Shown: positions 22,562 to 37,500 of the stretch, one piece after another
Layout of the letters: each line of letters starts with the position of its first letter
Position numbering within the stretch: position 1 is the stretch's first letter
Source: Macrostomum lignano
Lineage: Eukaryota
DNA: 64,000 bases
Reading direction: 5' to 3'
NCBI GenBank assembly: GCA_002269645.1
Contig: NIVC01000928.1
Span: 248,001 to 312,000, forward strand
Position numbers and translations under genes: made by a program
Notes under the pieces: model-generated
What the model saw: only the letters and a program-made list of their open reading frames with translations
Told to the model about the DNA's origin: nothing
Database searches by the model: none

Positions 22562-25500
22562 CTGCGGATAGAACGATAGACAAAACAATGTACAATATAA
22601 TCTAGTAAGGTTATAAAGCTGATAGTTTGACTGTGACTTTTTTAGTTAGTTGGGCCTGAAAAAGGCTGGGGGAGTTTTATGGGTTTAATTTGGGGTGGTG
22701 GGGCTGTTAAGTGTGCGCTAGAGGGAGTTTTATGGCTTTAACTTGGGGTGGTGGGTCTGTTAAGTGTGCGCTAGAGGGAGTTTTATGGGTTTAATTTGGG
22801 GTGGTGGGGCTGTTAAGTGTGCGCTAGAGGGAGTTTTATGGCTTTAGTTTGGGGTGGTGGGTCTGTTAAGTGTGCGCTAGAGGGAGTTTTATGGCTTTAA
22901 CTTGGGGTGGTGGGTCTGTTAAGTGTGCGCTAGAGGGAGTTTTATGGCTTTAATTTGGGGTGGTGGGTCTGGTAAGTTAAATAAATTTGCTAGAATCGAA
23001 ATATTTAAGTCTAATAGACGTAGACAGGACAATGGGTGCTCACTAACTAGTAAAGTTCAGTGTGCCACAGTAAATTCAAGCCACAAATAGAATTAGCTGG
23101 CATTTTTTCGATGGATAGACGATTATGATTAATTAGCAAGACAAAGGTGGATGTTAATTTAAATTCGCGCGAAAATCATACTTAGCAGCGGCAGCGGCGG
23201 CGGCGGCAGCAGTGGCAGCTGCGTAGCCTGGTTCGTCGTCATAATAATCAGCATCAGCATCTTCTACACGCGGAACAGAGGCGACAGCGTCAACAGAATC
23301 AAGCCGCTACAAAAGTAGAAAAGAAAGCATAAACAAAATAGAGAAATAGCTAGGAAACAAAATCAATAAAAGACTGGATTTGGTGCGCACAGTGCAGTAG
23401 GTGACACATCAATAGCAGTGGGGAATTTCAAATAAAGCTACAGAGCAAATTAATCGAAGAACTTACTAAGTCTACAGACTAATTATAATCGTGCGCGCTT
23501 TAAGCTCGAGTATTTATAACTCGGATCAAGTGTCAAGGTAATAGATAAAAAAAACAGATAGACAACAGGAATCTATTTTCGTAGCTACTCGAGATAAGTA
23601 GTAGCATTCTAAACGTTTCCAATTGATTTTTTCATTGTTTCAGTAAAATATTAGCATTTAACTACTTAGCTAGTAGGGCAGTAACGAGTTTTACTCATAT
23701 TTTTCTCTAAACTGTACAGAAATGACGCAACTCACCTCGTACGACGATTCTCTAAGCGCCAGCTCTCGCTTCACCGCCCTCAACCGGCGGAGCGCATCAG
23801 CCAGCTCAGCTTCCAGCCTGGTCAGCTGACCGGCCACCTTGGCCATTTCTGGGCTGCCCGCCGCCGGCGCTGCTACAGAATCTCCGGCCGCAGCGCCATG
23901 ATCAAAACTGTTGGCTGCCAGCACCACGGCGGCGTAGCCGGCCCACTTTCGGACCAGCTCGGCCGCTTTGGCCACCCGAGCCTCGGCAGCCGCGGCCCCG
24001 GTGGCCTTGGCCGCCAGCTGGGCCGCCGTGTCCGACAGTCGCGGCCGGTTCTCCAGCGCCAGCTGCCGCGCCTCGGCCACGCCGCGCGAGATCTCGGCGA
24101 GGCGGTCGGACAGTTGGGCGCAGCCGGCGAACGACGACTGCAGCCGGCGATGCCGACGGCGCGCCTCGGCGTAGGCCTGGCGCCACAGCGACAAACAGTC
24201 GGCGATGCGGCCGCGCTGGCGCTCGGACAGGTCCGGCCGGCGGAGGCAGAGCTGCAGCGACATCGCGGCCGATTTGTGCCGCTCAAGCCGGTCAACGAGC
24301 TCTTTGAGTCGGCGAGCGGAGGCTTCGACATTGGCGAGGTCGCCGTCTTCTGCTGTGGATGACGGCACTGTCGGCTGCTGCTGAAGCTCGCGCAGGGTGG
24401 CCGCCAGCCACTCGGACATCCGCTCGGCCTCGTGCTCCAGGCTGGCCGCCGAGCCGCTGCGGGCCGCCAGCTGAGCATCGCGTTGCGTCGCTTCGGCCAG
24501 TAGGCGTCTCCAGCGCGCTATCACGCGACCGGCGCGCGATTCCTCGTCGACGCCGTTTGTGGCGCCAGAATCGGCACCGGCCAAGCCTTCGGCGCTGGCC
24601 ACTTCTCTTAATCGCCGTTCGAGCTCGCGAATCCGATCGATTTTCGAGCGGCAGGCGGTGAATAGGCGAGTCTGGGGGAATAGTTGGAAGAAGACAATCG
24701 ATAGATAAGTTAGTTGCCGAATTGCACTACTGCCATGAGTAGGCAAGTAAAGCGAATCAATGTCGAAATTTGAAAAATTACATCGAAAAAAGTCGATTAT
24801 TGGTGGGAAAATTTGCAAGCTCGGGTTGTGAATAAATGATGACAGCTCAGGTAGGAAATCAGATAGAACCGTGACAGATGCTTGCAGCAGATTTACATGA
24901 AGGCGCTTGTCACAAATTTTTAATCGCTAGCATAGTAAGATAAGTAGTATATTCAGTGAAAGAATGTGCACATCTTAAAATACAGAGGTGGATCAAAGCT
25001 GCGCTTGTGCTCATTCTGGGCACGAAGGTGCTCAAAAGGGCTTTATAACACAATGTGAATGGTGGGGTGGCGATTGGGCGAACCTGAACGGAAAAGTGCG
25101 ACCGAACTGGAGACCGACTGGCACTTCGACGATGCGGAGGAGGGCAGCGAAGAGTCTGCGTGCGGGCGGCCGAGTGAAAATTGTTATATCGAATAGTATT
25201 AACAAAGGCTCTATTTTATTCGAAATTGAGTAGTCTCAGTGAAAAAAAAATTGAACTAAAATTAAAAATAAATGCTGCGTGGATAAGTACTAAAATATGG
25301 GTATGATAAAACGAAAGTCAACTACAAGAGCGGTATAAAAGTGAAAGTATATAAGTATTATAAAAGTACACGAGCACTCAAGAAGTACGCGAGTACTATA
25401 AAAGTACACGAGTACTATAAAAGTACACGAGTACTATAAAAGTACACGAGCACTAAAGAAGTACGCAAGTACTGAATAAGTACAAGAGTACTATAAAATT

Positions 25501-28500
25501 ACGCGAGTACTAAGATTATATTCCAGAAATGAAAATTACTTTGAAACTTTAAAACTAAAAAAACGCATTAGTACTCAAAAGTATACGAACACTGTAAAGT
25601 ACATAATCAAAGTAGTATTACAGTGATTAAGGCATAAATTTACAAATTTTAGCACTTAGAGAACGCCTTTGGTGACAAGAAATGAACAGGCAGGCACTCA
25701 CGTAGGTGTCCGGCCCGACCAGTTCGGCCTCCTCTGCAGCTGTCGGTGTCGCCCTCAGCCTGGCCTCGCCAAATTCCAGATCGTTGTCCACTTCGTCCAG
25801 CAGACGCTCCAAATCGTTAACAACGCGCTCAACGCGTTCCAGCTTGGCCTCGGAGCTCGAACTCGCGATTGCGCGAGCCCGGCCGCCGCGCTGCACGCTG
25901 CCGGTAGCCGCGGCCATCAGCAGATCCTCGGTCTTGTCGCTGTAGACGCTGACATTGTCCGCGGCTGACATGGCGGTCGCTGTCGATGCGGCAGTGGCTG
26001 CTCGCATCGGCGCCGGCATCGGAGTTGGCGTCGGCGCTTCCCCGTCGCCGCTGCCACGTCGGCCGCGCATTCGCCCCATGAGATCGGCGGTCTCCCTAGC
26101 CACTCTGTCCAGCTCCTGGCCGAGGGCGGCCGGATCGCCGGACTCGGTGCCGGAGAGCAGAAAGCGACTAGCCTGTGGAAGTAAACAAGACGGAAAGTAC
26201 TTTAAACGTACGAATGAACTTTTTAAAGTACACAAGACTTTCCAAGTACGCACATACTTTACTCTTTAAGTAGGCACGTACTCTTCAAAAGTATGCATGT
26301 TGTACTCTTAAAGTACGCGTGCACTCTTAAAGTACGCGTGCACTTTTAAAGTACACATGCACTCTCAAAGTATGCATGTACTTACCTGTTCAACATACTC
26401 CAGCTTCTTCAGCTGTGTCTCCAGCCTGGCCCGAATCTCTCTCGACTGCTCGCCGCTTGTTGAATCGTCCAGAGCCCGGCGTAGCTGGCCGCGCAGCCGA
26501 TCGACTCCTCGGCGAATATCGCCGGCACCGCGGCCGCGCCGTTGCCGCCCGGTCAACCGGCCGGCCAGCGAGTCCAGCCGGCGATCCAGCCGGTCCAGCT
26601 GGGCCCGGGATTCGCCCCGTGCGTCCGTCCGGCCCAGCCCGGCCAGCTGGCGGTGCTCGGCGGACAGCGCGGAGGCCTCAGCCGTCAGGGCGTCGAGGCG
26701 CTGTCGCAGCTCGTTCAGCTCCTCCTCCTGACTGTCGATGTCGTCGCCCCGCTCGTGCAGCGCCAGCAGGTCGGTCTCCAGGCCGGAAACGGCCGACTCC
26801 AACTGGCGAAGGGTGTCGCGCATCTTCTGCCAGCAGCGCCAGGTGTCTTCGATCTCTAATCTGCGCTCCATAGCGCGCTGACAGATTCGGCGCCAGCGCT
26901 GCTCCAGACTGCGCATCGCGCGCTGAATGGCCAGGCGCTCCTGCTCGGTGGGGCAGGCGTCCCGCTCGTAAATCAGCAGCTCGCATAGGTTGATCACGGC
27001 CTGGATGCCCGCACTGCGCGACTCGATCTCCGACTGCAGCTTCTGCGGGGGGCCAGGGGGTCAGGTAAGCTGGTAGATTACTCAAACAACTGTAGGTAGA
27101 TTACTCATACAACTGCAGGTAGATTACTCAAACAACTGCAGGTAGATTACTCATACAACTGCAGGTAGATTACTCAAACAGCTGCAGGTAGATTACTCAA
27201 ACAACTGCAGGTAGATTACTCAAACAGCTGCAGGTAGATTACTCAAACAACTGCAGGTAGATTACTCAAACAGCTGCAGGTAGATTACTCAAACAACTGC
27301 AGGTAGATTACTCAAACAGCTGCAGGTAGATTACTCATACAACTGCAGGTAGATTACTCAAACAACTGCAGGCAGATCACGGTAACCTGTAACCATAAAG
27401 AACACCCAGATCGCCAATGCCCCCCCGCAAACCTGGTGAGCCAGAGTCTTCCGCTGTATCTCGGCAAAGTCGCAGGCCTCGTACACGAGCTTGGCCTGCA
27501 GCTCCCGCTCGGTGGCCAGCAGCCAGCCCCGCAGCTTCTGCATGCTGAGCTCGAGCTGGCGCACTGAGTCCAGAGTGTCCCGCAGCCGAGCCAGCCGATC
27601 GTCGGTTGCCAACTGCAGCGACTGCCACCGATCGTCCAGCCTCTGCAGCTTGAACTGGATGTCCCGGGATCGAACCTCGGAGCTGGCCGACAGCAGGGCG
27701 CGGCCGCACTCCAGCGTCTCATTGTAGGCCGACTGCATCGCGGCGATCTCGGCTTTGTACTCCTGGGGTGGGGTTGGGGATTTTCGCAGGTGAGGCAGAG
27801 AACTTTGCTTTATACTGAACTGTGCTTGAAGCCGGCAGGCCAGTTGATGGAATATTTAATTATAGGAGACCCTAGCAACCGCCGTAGCCAAGTCAATATA
27901 AGGCAGCTGAGAAGTTTGCTCAGCCTAGCTAGTGCTTTCTCTTGGCCGGCTGTTAAAGTTTGCTTTCTACTCTTTTAAACGCATCGTTAAGTTGGTGGTA
28001 AAATTTTTTTCAAAGTTTACTTTCGCTACATATCGGCTCAGATACGGCTCTGAAAGTTTTGGAGCAGATTTTCAGGTAGATTTGGGGTAGATTCATAGTA
28101 GTTTTGGAGCAGATTTTCAGGTAGATTGGGGGTAGATTCATAGTAGTTTTGGAGCAGATTTTCAGGTAGATTTGGGGTAGATTCATAGTAGTTTCGGAGC
28201 AGATTTTCAGGTAGATTTGGGGTAGATTCATAGTAGTTTTGGAGCAGATTTTCAGGTAGATTGGGGGTAGATTCATAGTAGTTTTGGAGCAGATTTTCAG
28301 GTAGATTTGGGGTAGATTCATAGTAGTTTTGGAGCAGATTTTCAGGTAGATTTGGGGTAGATTCATAGTAGTCTTGGAGCAGATTTTCAGGTAGATTTGG
28401 GGTAGATTCATAGTAGTTTTGGAGCAGATTTTCAGGTAGATTTGGGGTAGATTCATAGTAGTTTCGGAGCAGATTTTCAGGTAGATTTGGGGTAGATTCA

Positions 28501-31500
28501 TAGTAGTTTCGGAGCAGATTTTCAGGTAGATTTGGGGTAGATTCATAGTAGTCTTGGAGCAGATTTTCAGGTAGATTTGGGGTAGATTCATAGTAGTTTT
28601 GGAGCAGATTTTCAGGTAGATTTGGGGTAGATTCATAGTAGTTTCGGAGCAGATTTTCAGGTAGATTTGGGGTAGATTCATAGTAGTTTTGGAGCAGATT
28701 TTCAGGTAGATTTGGGGTAGATTCATAGTAGTATTGGAGCAGATTTTCAGGTAGATTTGGGGTAGATTCATAGTAGTTTTGGAGCAGATTTTCAGGTAGA
28801 TTTGGGGTAGATTCATAGTAGTTTTGGAGCAGATTTGCAGGTAGATTTGGGGTAGATTCATAGTAGTTTTGGAGCAGATTTGCAGGTAGGTTTGGGGTAG
28901 ATTCATAGTTTTGGAGCAGATTTGCAGGTAGATTTGGGGTAGATTCATAGTTTTGGAGCAGATTTGCAGGTAGATTTGGGGTAGATTCATAGTAGTTTTG
29001 GAGCAGATTTTCAGGTAGATTTGGGGTCGATTCAAAGTAGTTTTGGAGCAGATTTTCAGGTAGATTTGGGGTCGATTCAAAGTAGTTTCGGAGCAGACTT
29101 GGGGTGGATTAGTATTTTTGGAAGCAGAATAACCTGCGGATTTAAGGTAGATTTCTGAAGGCTGGACAGATAAACTATGAAGCTCATAGTTTACTCAAAA
29201 GTTATATTAGCTATCGATTGAATTGCACTCACGCTGGCGATCCTGTCAATCAAGTCTTCCACCTGATAGTCCTGACTGACGCCAACCTTCGCCTCCATGC
29301 CGGTCAGCCACTCCATTAACCGGTCGTATCTGCGGGCGCAATATGAATTTAGCAATGGTGTAGCAGCTGTTCCTAACAAATTCCATAATAATCAAACAGC
29401 ATTTCAAAAAAACAATAAACCACAATAAACCTCAATAAACAAACAAACCTGTCGTTAAATTCACGCCACTCATTAACGCCGTGCTGCAGTCGGTCCTCTT
29501 TGAGCAGCAATCGATGATGAAGCTCGTCCCACAGTTTCTCCAGCAGCACAGTTCGCTGATGCAGCAGGTGAATGTCTTCAGCGCTGACCAGCTCCCTCAG
29601 CTGGCGCTCTTTGTCGCGCAGACGGTCCCGAACGCCGCTAGTTGACTCGAATGTTTTCAGATAGTCCTAGAATATTTTTTAGAAAATATATAATAAAGTA
29701 ATGTCCGATTATAACTACTGACAAAATTTTAATTTATAAAAGTAGCGTAATTAGCAATTTTCGTACGAATTTCACACAGCTTACAATTTTTATTATAGAA
29801 TCACTCAGATGGGATAAAAAGCGGTAAAAAATTGAGAAAACTTTCGCATAGGGAAAAACAGAAAAGTAACAAAAATAGAATCTCAGCTAATACTTCGATA
29901 TTCATTGGCTTCCACCTTGCTGATATGCTTGAATCCACATTAGATACGGGGCAATTATCATGGCTGATTTTGTGACAATTCTCAAGCATTGACTAGAGCT
30001 AAGGTGTGTAGTAAAAGTACAACATAAAAATAAAACAAAAGCGATAAAAACAGAGGATAGAATTTTTCCGCGACAGATTCTTTTTGCTTTCATAAGCAGC
30101 GACTTACGTAGAGTTGATCGAGGAATTCCTTCTGTAGAAATGTCAAAAGACATTGGGTTGATAAAGTTTACTTTCGATACATATCGGAAGTTTAAATCAT
30201 CATAAAAAATTCTATCTAAACTGCTTCCCAGCACTTTTAAAAGTTACATGTAAAAGTAGAAATCACAATACGTGTTCAAATCAGTATTAAAAAACTAACA
30301 AATTGAAAAAGATTCGAACCTACAACCTTCCTATCCTACATAGAAATCAACTTTCGATACAAATCGGAGGTATTAGCTACTTGAATAATATTTCAAACTG
30401 CAAATTTTAAAATTCAAGTTATAGGTCTGAAAAGAGATAGATACAGACATTTTTAACTACGTGTATAATAAAGTCCCAAAAATCCCATCGAAGATTCGAA
30501 CTCATGACCTTCCCGCCTCAAAAAACTCACCCGACATCGCTGAGCCTCCGCGTGCAACTCGTCGAACGCTGTCGGGGCCTCGCGCTCAGCAAACAGTCGA
30601 ACCTCGCGCAGCCAGGCAAGACAGTCTCGGACACCTTCGTCCGCTTCCGTCCACAGCTGGCAGATGTTGTCCAGGCGGTTCAGCTGCTCAGTCAGTCCTC
30701 GATTAACCGCCTGCCAGCGAGCGTCCAACTCGGCTGTTCGTGCCTCCAGACCGGCTCGGACAGTCGGCTGTCCGGACATCTCGGCCAGCTGTTTAGCCAT
30801 GTCGCGGCAGCGGGCGTGCGACTCGGCGCGCTCGCCAGCCGAAGCCTGGCACAGCCGGAGCTGCTCGGCCAGGATTCGAACCTGCGGACGGTTGAGACAG
30901 TGTTATTCGAATGTGTTGAGAAAAGAATACTATCGATACATATCGGGATAAAGAATACTATCGATACATTTCGGGATAAATAATACTATCGATACATATC
31001 GGGATAAAGAATACTATCGATACATTTCGGGATAAATAATACTAACGATACATATCGGGAAAATATTACTATCGATACATATCGGGAAAATATTACTATC
31101 GATACATATCGGGAAAATATTACTATCGATACATACTGGGAAAATATTACTATCGATACATACTGGGAAAATATTACTATCGATACATATCGGGAAAATA
31201 ATATCGTTACATATCGGGAAAATATTAATATCGATACATATCGGGATAAATAATACTATCGATACATATCGGGATAAAAAATACTATCAATACATATCGG
31301 GATAAATAATACTAACGATACATATCGGGAAAATATTACTATCGTTACATATCGAGAAAATAATATCGATACATATCGGGATAAATAATACTAACGATAA
31401 ATATCGGGAAAATATTACTATCGATACATATCGGGAAAATAATAACATCGTTACATATCGGGAAAATATTACTCGATAAATACTAGGAAAAAGATACTAT

Positions 31501-34500
31501 CGTTACATATCGGGAGATATAGAATCGACGGTAAATATCAAGAAATATAGTTTTCGATACATATCGGAAAGAAGTAACAAACCTTCTGCATGCTGGCCAC
31601 ACTGAAGCGGCACATATCCAATCGGTCCTCGGTGTCGGCCAGCCAATTCATGAGGCCCTCCAGCAGCGCCTGGTAGCTCTGCCACTGCGCCAGCCAAGCG
31701 TCAGTAGAGGCCTTCCGCTGCCTAGCCTGGCTGCACACGGCGTTCCACTGCTGCTCAAGCGACTCCAACTTCTCGGCTAGTTGAGCTCGAACGTCGGGAT
31801 CGGCACATCGGCGCAGGTAGGCGCCGCCGTCGGCTAGCAGAGCTTGAAGCACCTGCTGCCGACTGACCAGCCGGTGTAGGAAGCTGTCCAGGGCCGCCTG
31901 CTGGCGCTGCAGGGCCGGCTCGCCACCGACCGGCGGCATGTCGGGCGCGCCGCTCGCTGATGGCGCCAGGTCGCGCTGGGCGGCGTCCAGGAATTGGCGC
32001 CATTCGGTCACCTTGTCCAGGAAGGTCTCCTGCGGTGTGAACGGTTCGAGAGCGGGTTTTCATTAGCAAAGGGGCAGAGGGCGGATTTTAATGGCTGATG
32101 TGAGTGGTTAGAAGGGCGGATTTAGGCGGTAGAGAGCGAATTTGAATAGTATAGGAGCGGATAGGAGTGGTAGAGAACGGTTAGAAAAGCCAGAGGGAGG
32201 ATTTAGAGTGAGCGGATATTTTAGTAGGGAGCGGATAAGAGAAGTAGGGGGCGGATGAGTAGTAGAGAGCGGATATGAATACCTGAGGGTAGTCATATGA
32301 GTAGTAGAGAGCGGATATAAGAGGTAGAGGGCGGATATAAGCGGTAGAGGGCGAATATAAGCGGTAGAGGGCGGATATAGGCGGTAGAGGGCGGATATAG
32401 GCGGTAGAGGGCGGATATAGGCGGTAGAGGGCGGATATAAGCGGTAGAGGGCGGATATAAGCGGTAGAGGGCGGATATAAGCGGTAGAGGGCGGATATAG
32501 GCGGTAGAGGGCGGATTTAATCCATAGACAGCGCACACAAAAGAGCAGAAGGCAACTTTCTCAAACTAACCTGCACAAGCACAGACGCCTGCAGGGCCCG
32601 GCTCCGGTCCAGGCACTGGGCCATGAGGCGCTGCCACTGCTGGCTGAGCTGCCTCACCCTGGCCACGTCGGACTCGCCCAGCCAGCTGGCTTGGCACAGC
32701 TCCCCCAGCCTGTCAATCTGGTACTGCCGCTGAGCGAACAGGTCGGTCAGACCCAGCAGCTCGCACAGTCGTTTCTGAGTGTCCTCGATTGAGTCGCCCG
32801 AGCCGGGCTCCGGGTCGGGCTGGGCCAGGCAGGACTCGGCGCTGTCCAGGAAGGCCTGCGCCGAGTTGAACATGTCGAAGAATCGCTTGCGCTGGGCGCT
32901 GCTGCGGTCCACCTGGGACGGCGGTTGGGGTCGGGCGATTGGGCTTTGAAGTTTTGAAATATCCCTTGCACTCTTCTCAACCTGTTTGCCCTCTCCTTCG
33001 CCCTCTCTGCCTTCTCCTTTACCCTCTATGCCTTCTCCTTTACCCTCTTTAACCTCTCCTTCCATTCCATGCCCTCTCCTTCACCCTCCATACCCTCTCC
33101 TTCCCCCTCCATGCCCTCTCCTTCACCCTCTCTGCCCTCTCCTTCCTCCTCCATACCCTCTCCTTCCTCCATACCCTCTCCTTCCCCCTCCATGCCCTCT
33201 CCTTCACCCTCTCTGCCCTCTCCTTCCTCCTCCATACCCTCTCCCCCCCTCCATACCCTCTCCTTTCTCCTCCATACCCTCTCCTCCCCCCTCCATACCC
33301 TCTCCTTCACCCTCCATACCCTCTCCTTCCCCCTCCATGCCCTCTCCTTCACCCTCTCTGCCCTCTCCTTCCTCCTCCATACCCTCTCCTTCCCCCTCCA
33401 TGCCCTCTCCTTCACCCTCCATACCCTCTCCTTCCCCCTCCATGCCCTCTCCTTCACCCTCTCTGCCCTCTCCTCCCCCTCCATGCCCTCTCCCCCCTCC
33501 ATGCCCTCTCATCCCCCTTACATGCCCTCTCCTTCCCCCTCCATGCCCTCTCCTCCCCCCTCCATGCCCTCTCCCTTCCGCAGCGCTCACCTCCATCTGG
33601 AACTTCTTCAGCACGGATCGCAGGGCCGACCGTCTCTGGTCGATGGCGGTCTCCGCAGCGGCCATCGCCGACAAGTTGGACGATTCCATTCGGCCTGACA
33701 GACCGCTGCCGCGGGCTTCGGCCAGCCGGCGCAGTCGGGCGGTCAGCGGAGCGTCTAGCTCGGAGTCCAGCACACGGCAACGGCTTAGCAACGCGGCCGG
33801 ATCGAGCGGTTGAGTCGCCAAGCCTCCGCCGTCGCCTCGCATCAGGCGGTCGGCTGAGCGCTCCTGCAACAGGCAGGTGTGGAGTTGCTGATACTTAAAG
33901 TACTTTTGGGGGAATTAAAAGTACTTAAAAGGTCATTCTTAGGACTGATAAGGCTCGAAAGGCACTTCAAGGTAGATTGACGAGTCTTACGCTCGTATGT
34001 TTTAAAGTTCTTTGAAAATGATCTTAAAAGTACTCTCTATGCAAGGTGATTCTTAAAAAGTACTTTAGTGAGACGATTTATCGATATCAAAATTCCGATG
34101 GCTCAAAAAAAAGATTATACGCTTGTAGAAGTCATTTTAAGGGCGATTCTAAGAAAATGTACACATAAATTACAAGAACATGTACTCAACCATTTAAAGT
34201 TGAGTAAAAACATTTGCAGGTGTTTGCCTTCGGCGAAAGCGTCCCACAAGGAAAGGATCCAAAAGTGGCCCAAACCAGATTTCATCCCAGATTTCAGATT
34301 TGCAAACGGAGGTTTCTCTCACCTGTTCGGCCAGAAACTTTTCGCATTCGTCCAGGGCGTCGTTGTACGCCTTCCACTGTCCGGCTGTCCGGGACAGCTC
34401 GGCCGCTCTTTCAGACGCTTCGCTGGCAGCCTGGCGCCACCTGGCGGCGAAATCCTTGCGAGAAGCTTCCAGACTCCGAGCTACGGCGGGCTCGCACAGG

Positions 34501-37500
34501 CGACTCAGAATGTCCGACGACCTGGCCAGCTCGCCCAGCTCGTCTCCGTCTGTCCGAAGATGCTCGGCCAGTTCGGACAGCCGTTCAACCGAGGCTACAA
34601 ACTCGGGCAGCTCGCCGCCAGCCAGGCGATTTCTGTCTAGCAGGTAGGTGACCTCGGCCAGCAGCTGGGTGGCCGCCTGCTGCGCCCGGCTGTGCGACTC
34701 CCACTGGGCCAGGGCGTTGGCCAGGCGGGACTTCACCTGGGGGAGGGATCGGTACAGGGGCTCATGCCTTGATCAGGACTAACTAATGCTTCAAAAAAGG
34801 TCAACAGGTCATAGGTCAATGGGTCGATGGGTCAACTGTTCAATGGACAAGTAGATCATTGAATGGGTCAATAGGTCACAAAGTTGACTAAATAGGTCAC
34901 TAAATAGGCAAACAGGTCACTGAATAGATATGCAGGTCACTGAATGGGTCAATAGGTCACTGAATGGGTCAATAGATCACTTAATAGGTCAATAGGTCAC
35001 TGAATTGGCAAATGGATTACTGAATAGGTCAATAGGTCACTGAATGGGCAAATGGGTTACTGAATAAGCGGATGGTCACTGAATGGGTCAATGGTCAGTT
35101 AGCAGACGCATTAAGCGGATGAGTTAAAGGCTAATAGGTCAATGAGCTAACTCAGTGGGTCAGCAATCAGTCCACCTCAAACAGACACAAGCAAGCACAC
35201 AGTCACAAGCACTGACTCACCTGTGTCAGCTGATTATTGACCAGCGCCAGTTCCTGAGCGAGCCGCTGCAGCAGTTCCCGCATACACTGGGGATTGACAA
35301 TCAGCGAGTCGCAGCCCAGGCAGCCAGAAGCGCCGGCTTCCTCAGTCAGCAGACTGCGGGCCTCGGTCTCCAGGGCAGCCAGCTGCGGCTCCAGAGCCGC
35401 CAGATCAGCCGCGGTGGCCTCGGCTTCCCTGGCCGCGAACCTGGCGCCCTCCTCGTGCCCGATCTCGCCCAGACCGGCCACTCGAGCTTTCAGCTCGTTC
35501 AGTCGAGCCGTCAGAGCCGAGCCTCGGTCGTCCACGGCGGCCCAGCGCCGGGCGAAGGCCTCCAGGCTGGTGGCGATGCTGGCGACGGAGTCGCTGGCCC
35601 GGTCGAAGTCGGCGCCCAGCCGGGTCAGGGATTCGAACTCGCGAGCATCCGACTGGGCGAGGCGAAGCTCGGCGAAGGACTCGCGAACGAAGGCGAGGGT
35701 AGGGGAGCGGGTGGACAGCTCGACTCGGAGCGACTGGAAGGACGGTGAAAAGGTTTTCAAGGATGTCAAGTATGAGTGTACGAACCCATTCTCACTCTAT
35801 ACAGAAAGCTAGGTCACTCTCATACAGTCAATTGTCACTATATGCACAAAGCTAGGTCACTCTCATACAGTCAATTGTCACTATTGCACAAAGCTAGGTC
35901 ACTCCCATACAGTCAATTGTCACTATATGCACAAAGCTAGGTCACTCCCATACAGTCAATTGTCACTATATGCACAAAGCTAGGTCACTCCCATACAGTC
36001 AATTGTCACTATATGCACAAAGCTAGGTCACTCCCATACAGTCAATTGTCACTATATGCACAAAGCTAGGTCACTCCCATACAGCCAATTGTCACTATAT
36101 GCACAAAGCTAGGTCACTCCCATACAGTCAATTGTCACTCTATACACAAAGCAGGTCACTCCCATATAGTCAATTGTCACTCTATACACAAAGCTAGGTC
36201 ACTCCCATATAGTCAATTGTCACTCTATACACAAAGCTAGGTCAATCCCATACAGAAAACCGTCACTCTATACACAAAGCAGGTCACTCCCATATAGTCA
36301 ATTGTCACTCTATACACAAAGCTAGGTCACTCCCATACAGCCAATTGTCACTATATGCACAAAGCTAGGTCACTCCCCATACAGTAAGCTGTCACTCTTT
36401 ACAATAAGATAGGTCACTCCCCATACAGTAAATTGTCCCTCTTTACAGAAAGCTAGGTCACTCCCCATACAGTAAACTGTCATTCTATCTACAAGGCTAG
36501 GGTCACTCCCTAGCTGGGTAAAAGTACAGCAGAACGGTAAGCCCATCAATTCATAGATTTTTGACAAGCCAGCCATCGAAGCCTCACCTGGAACTCGGCG
36601 GCCAGCGCCTCAGTCTCGGCCCGGCTGTGCAGAGTCCGCCTGCTCGCGCTCGCCAGCCGGGACTCGAACCCGGACAGCCAGTCGCGCAGTCCCAGCAGGG
36701 CCTCGTGGCTGGGCGTCAGCTCGCGTTCCCGGCGCTGCAGCCGAGTCTCCAACGCCCGCCAGCGCCGCTCCAGACCGACCCAGGCCGCTTCGACCTCCTC
36801 GGCTCGTCGACGTCGAGATGTCGTTGAAGCCAATGCCGACGGTGAGCCGGCAGCCAGGTCCTGAAGTAGCCGACGCTCGCGCTGGCGAGACTCCAGCAGC
36901 TGGGCCACGGTGCACAACCGCTCCAGGCCGGCCCGGACGCCTTCTAGCGAGGCCTCCTCCGCTGCCGCTGCTCCCGAGGCCGCAGTCGCCGACTCCAGTT
37001 CGACCTCCGCCCGCTGCAAGCAGTCGCTAACATCAGCCAGGTGTTGGGCGAATTCTTCGCCAACTCGGCGACGATCTTCGGCTACGGAGAGTTGATCTTC
37101 CACCGAGTCGGTCAGCTGCACCCAGCGCTCGGCCAGGTCGGACAAGGCGGTCTCCAGGCGGGGACAGGCCACCCAGCCGAGCAGCAGGCGGCCCCGGTCC
37201 ACCAGCTGGAACACTGCTGAGCGGCGGCCGCGGAGCGAGCTGGCCAGCTCTTGCAGGCCGGAGAGGCGGCGCTCCTCTGCCGCTTCATCAGCTGCTGGTG
37301 GCTGCGACTGCAGCAGTGCACGGGATGGCGGGGCTGTTTCAGATCCCCAGAACTCTGATCCCTATTCTCCAAAAAATTCTTATTTATTTCAGATCCCCGA
37401 TTCTCCTGTTTATTTCAGATCCCCGATTCTCCCGTTTATTTCAGATCCCCATTCTCCCGTTTATTTCAGATCCCCATTCTCCCGTTTATTTCAGATCCCC

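Noticed and set aside
28010-29080. 356-aa MNLPQIYLKICSKTT repeat ORF in the sense direction
   Set aside because: 45-bp minisatellite. The flanking exons join in frame without it, and no convincing exon boundaries were found.
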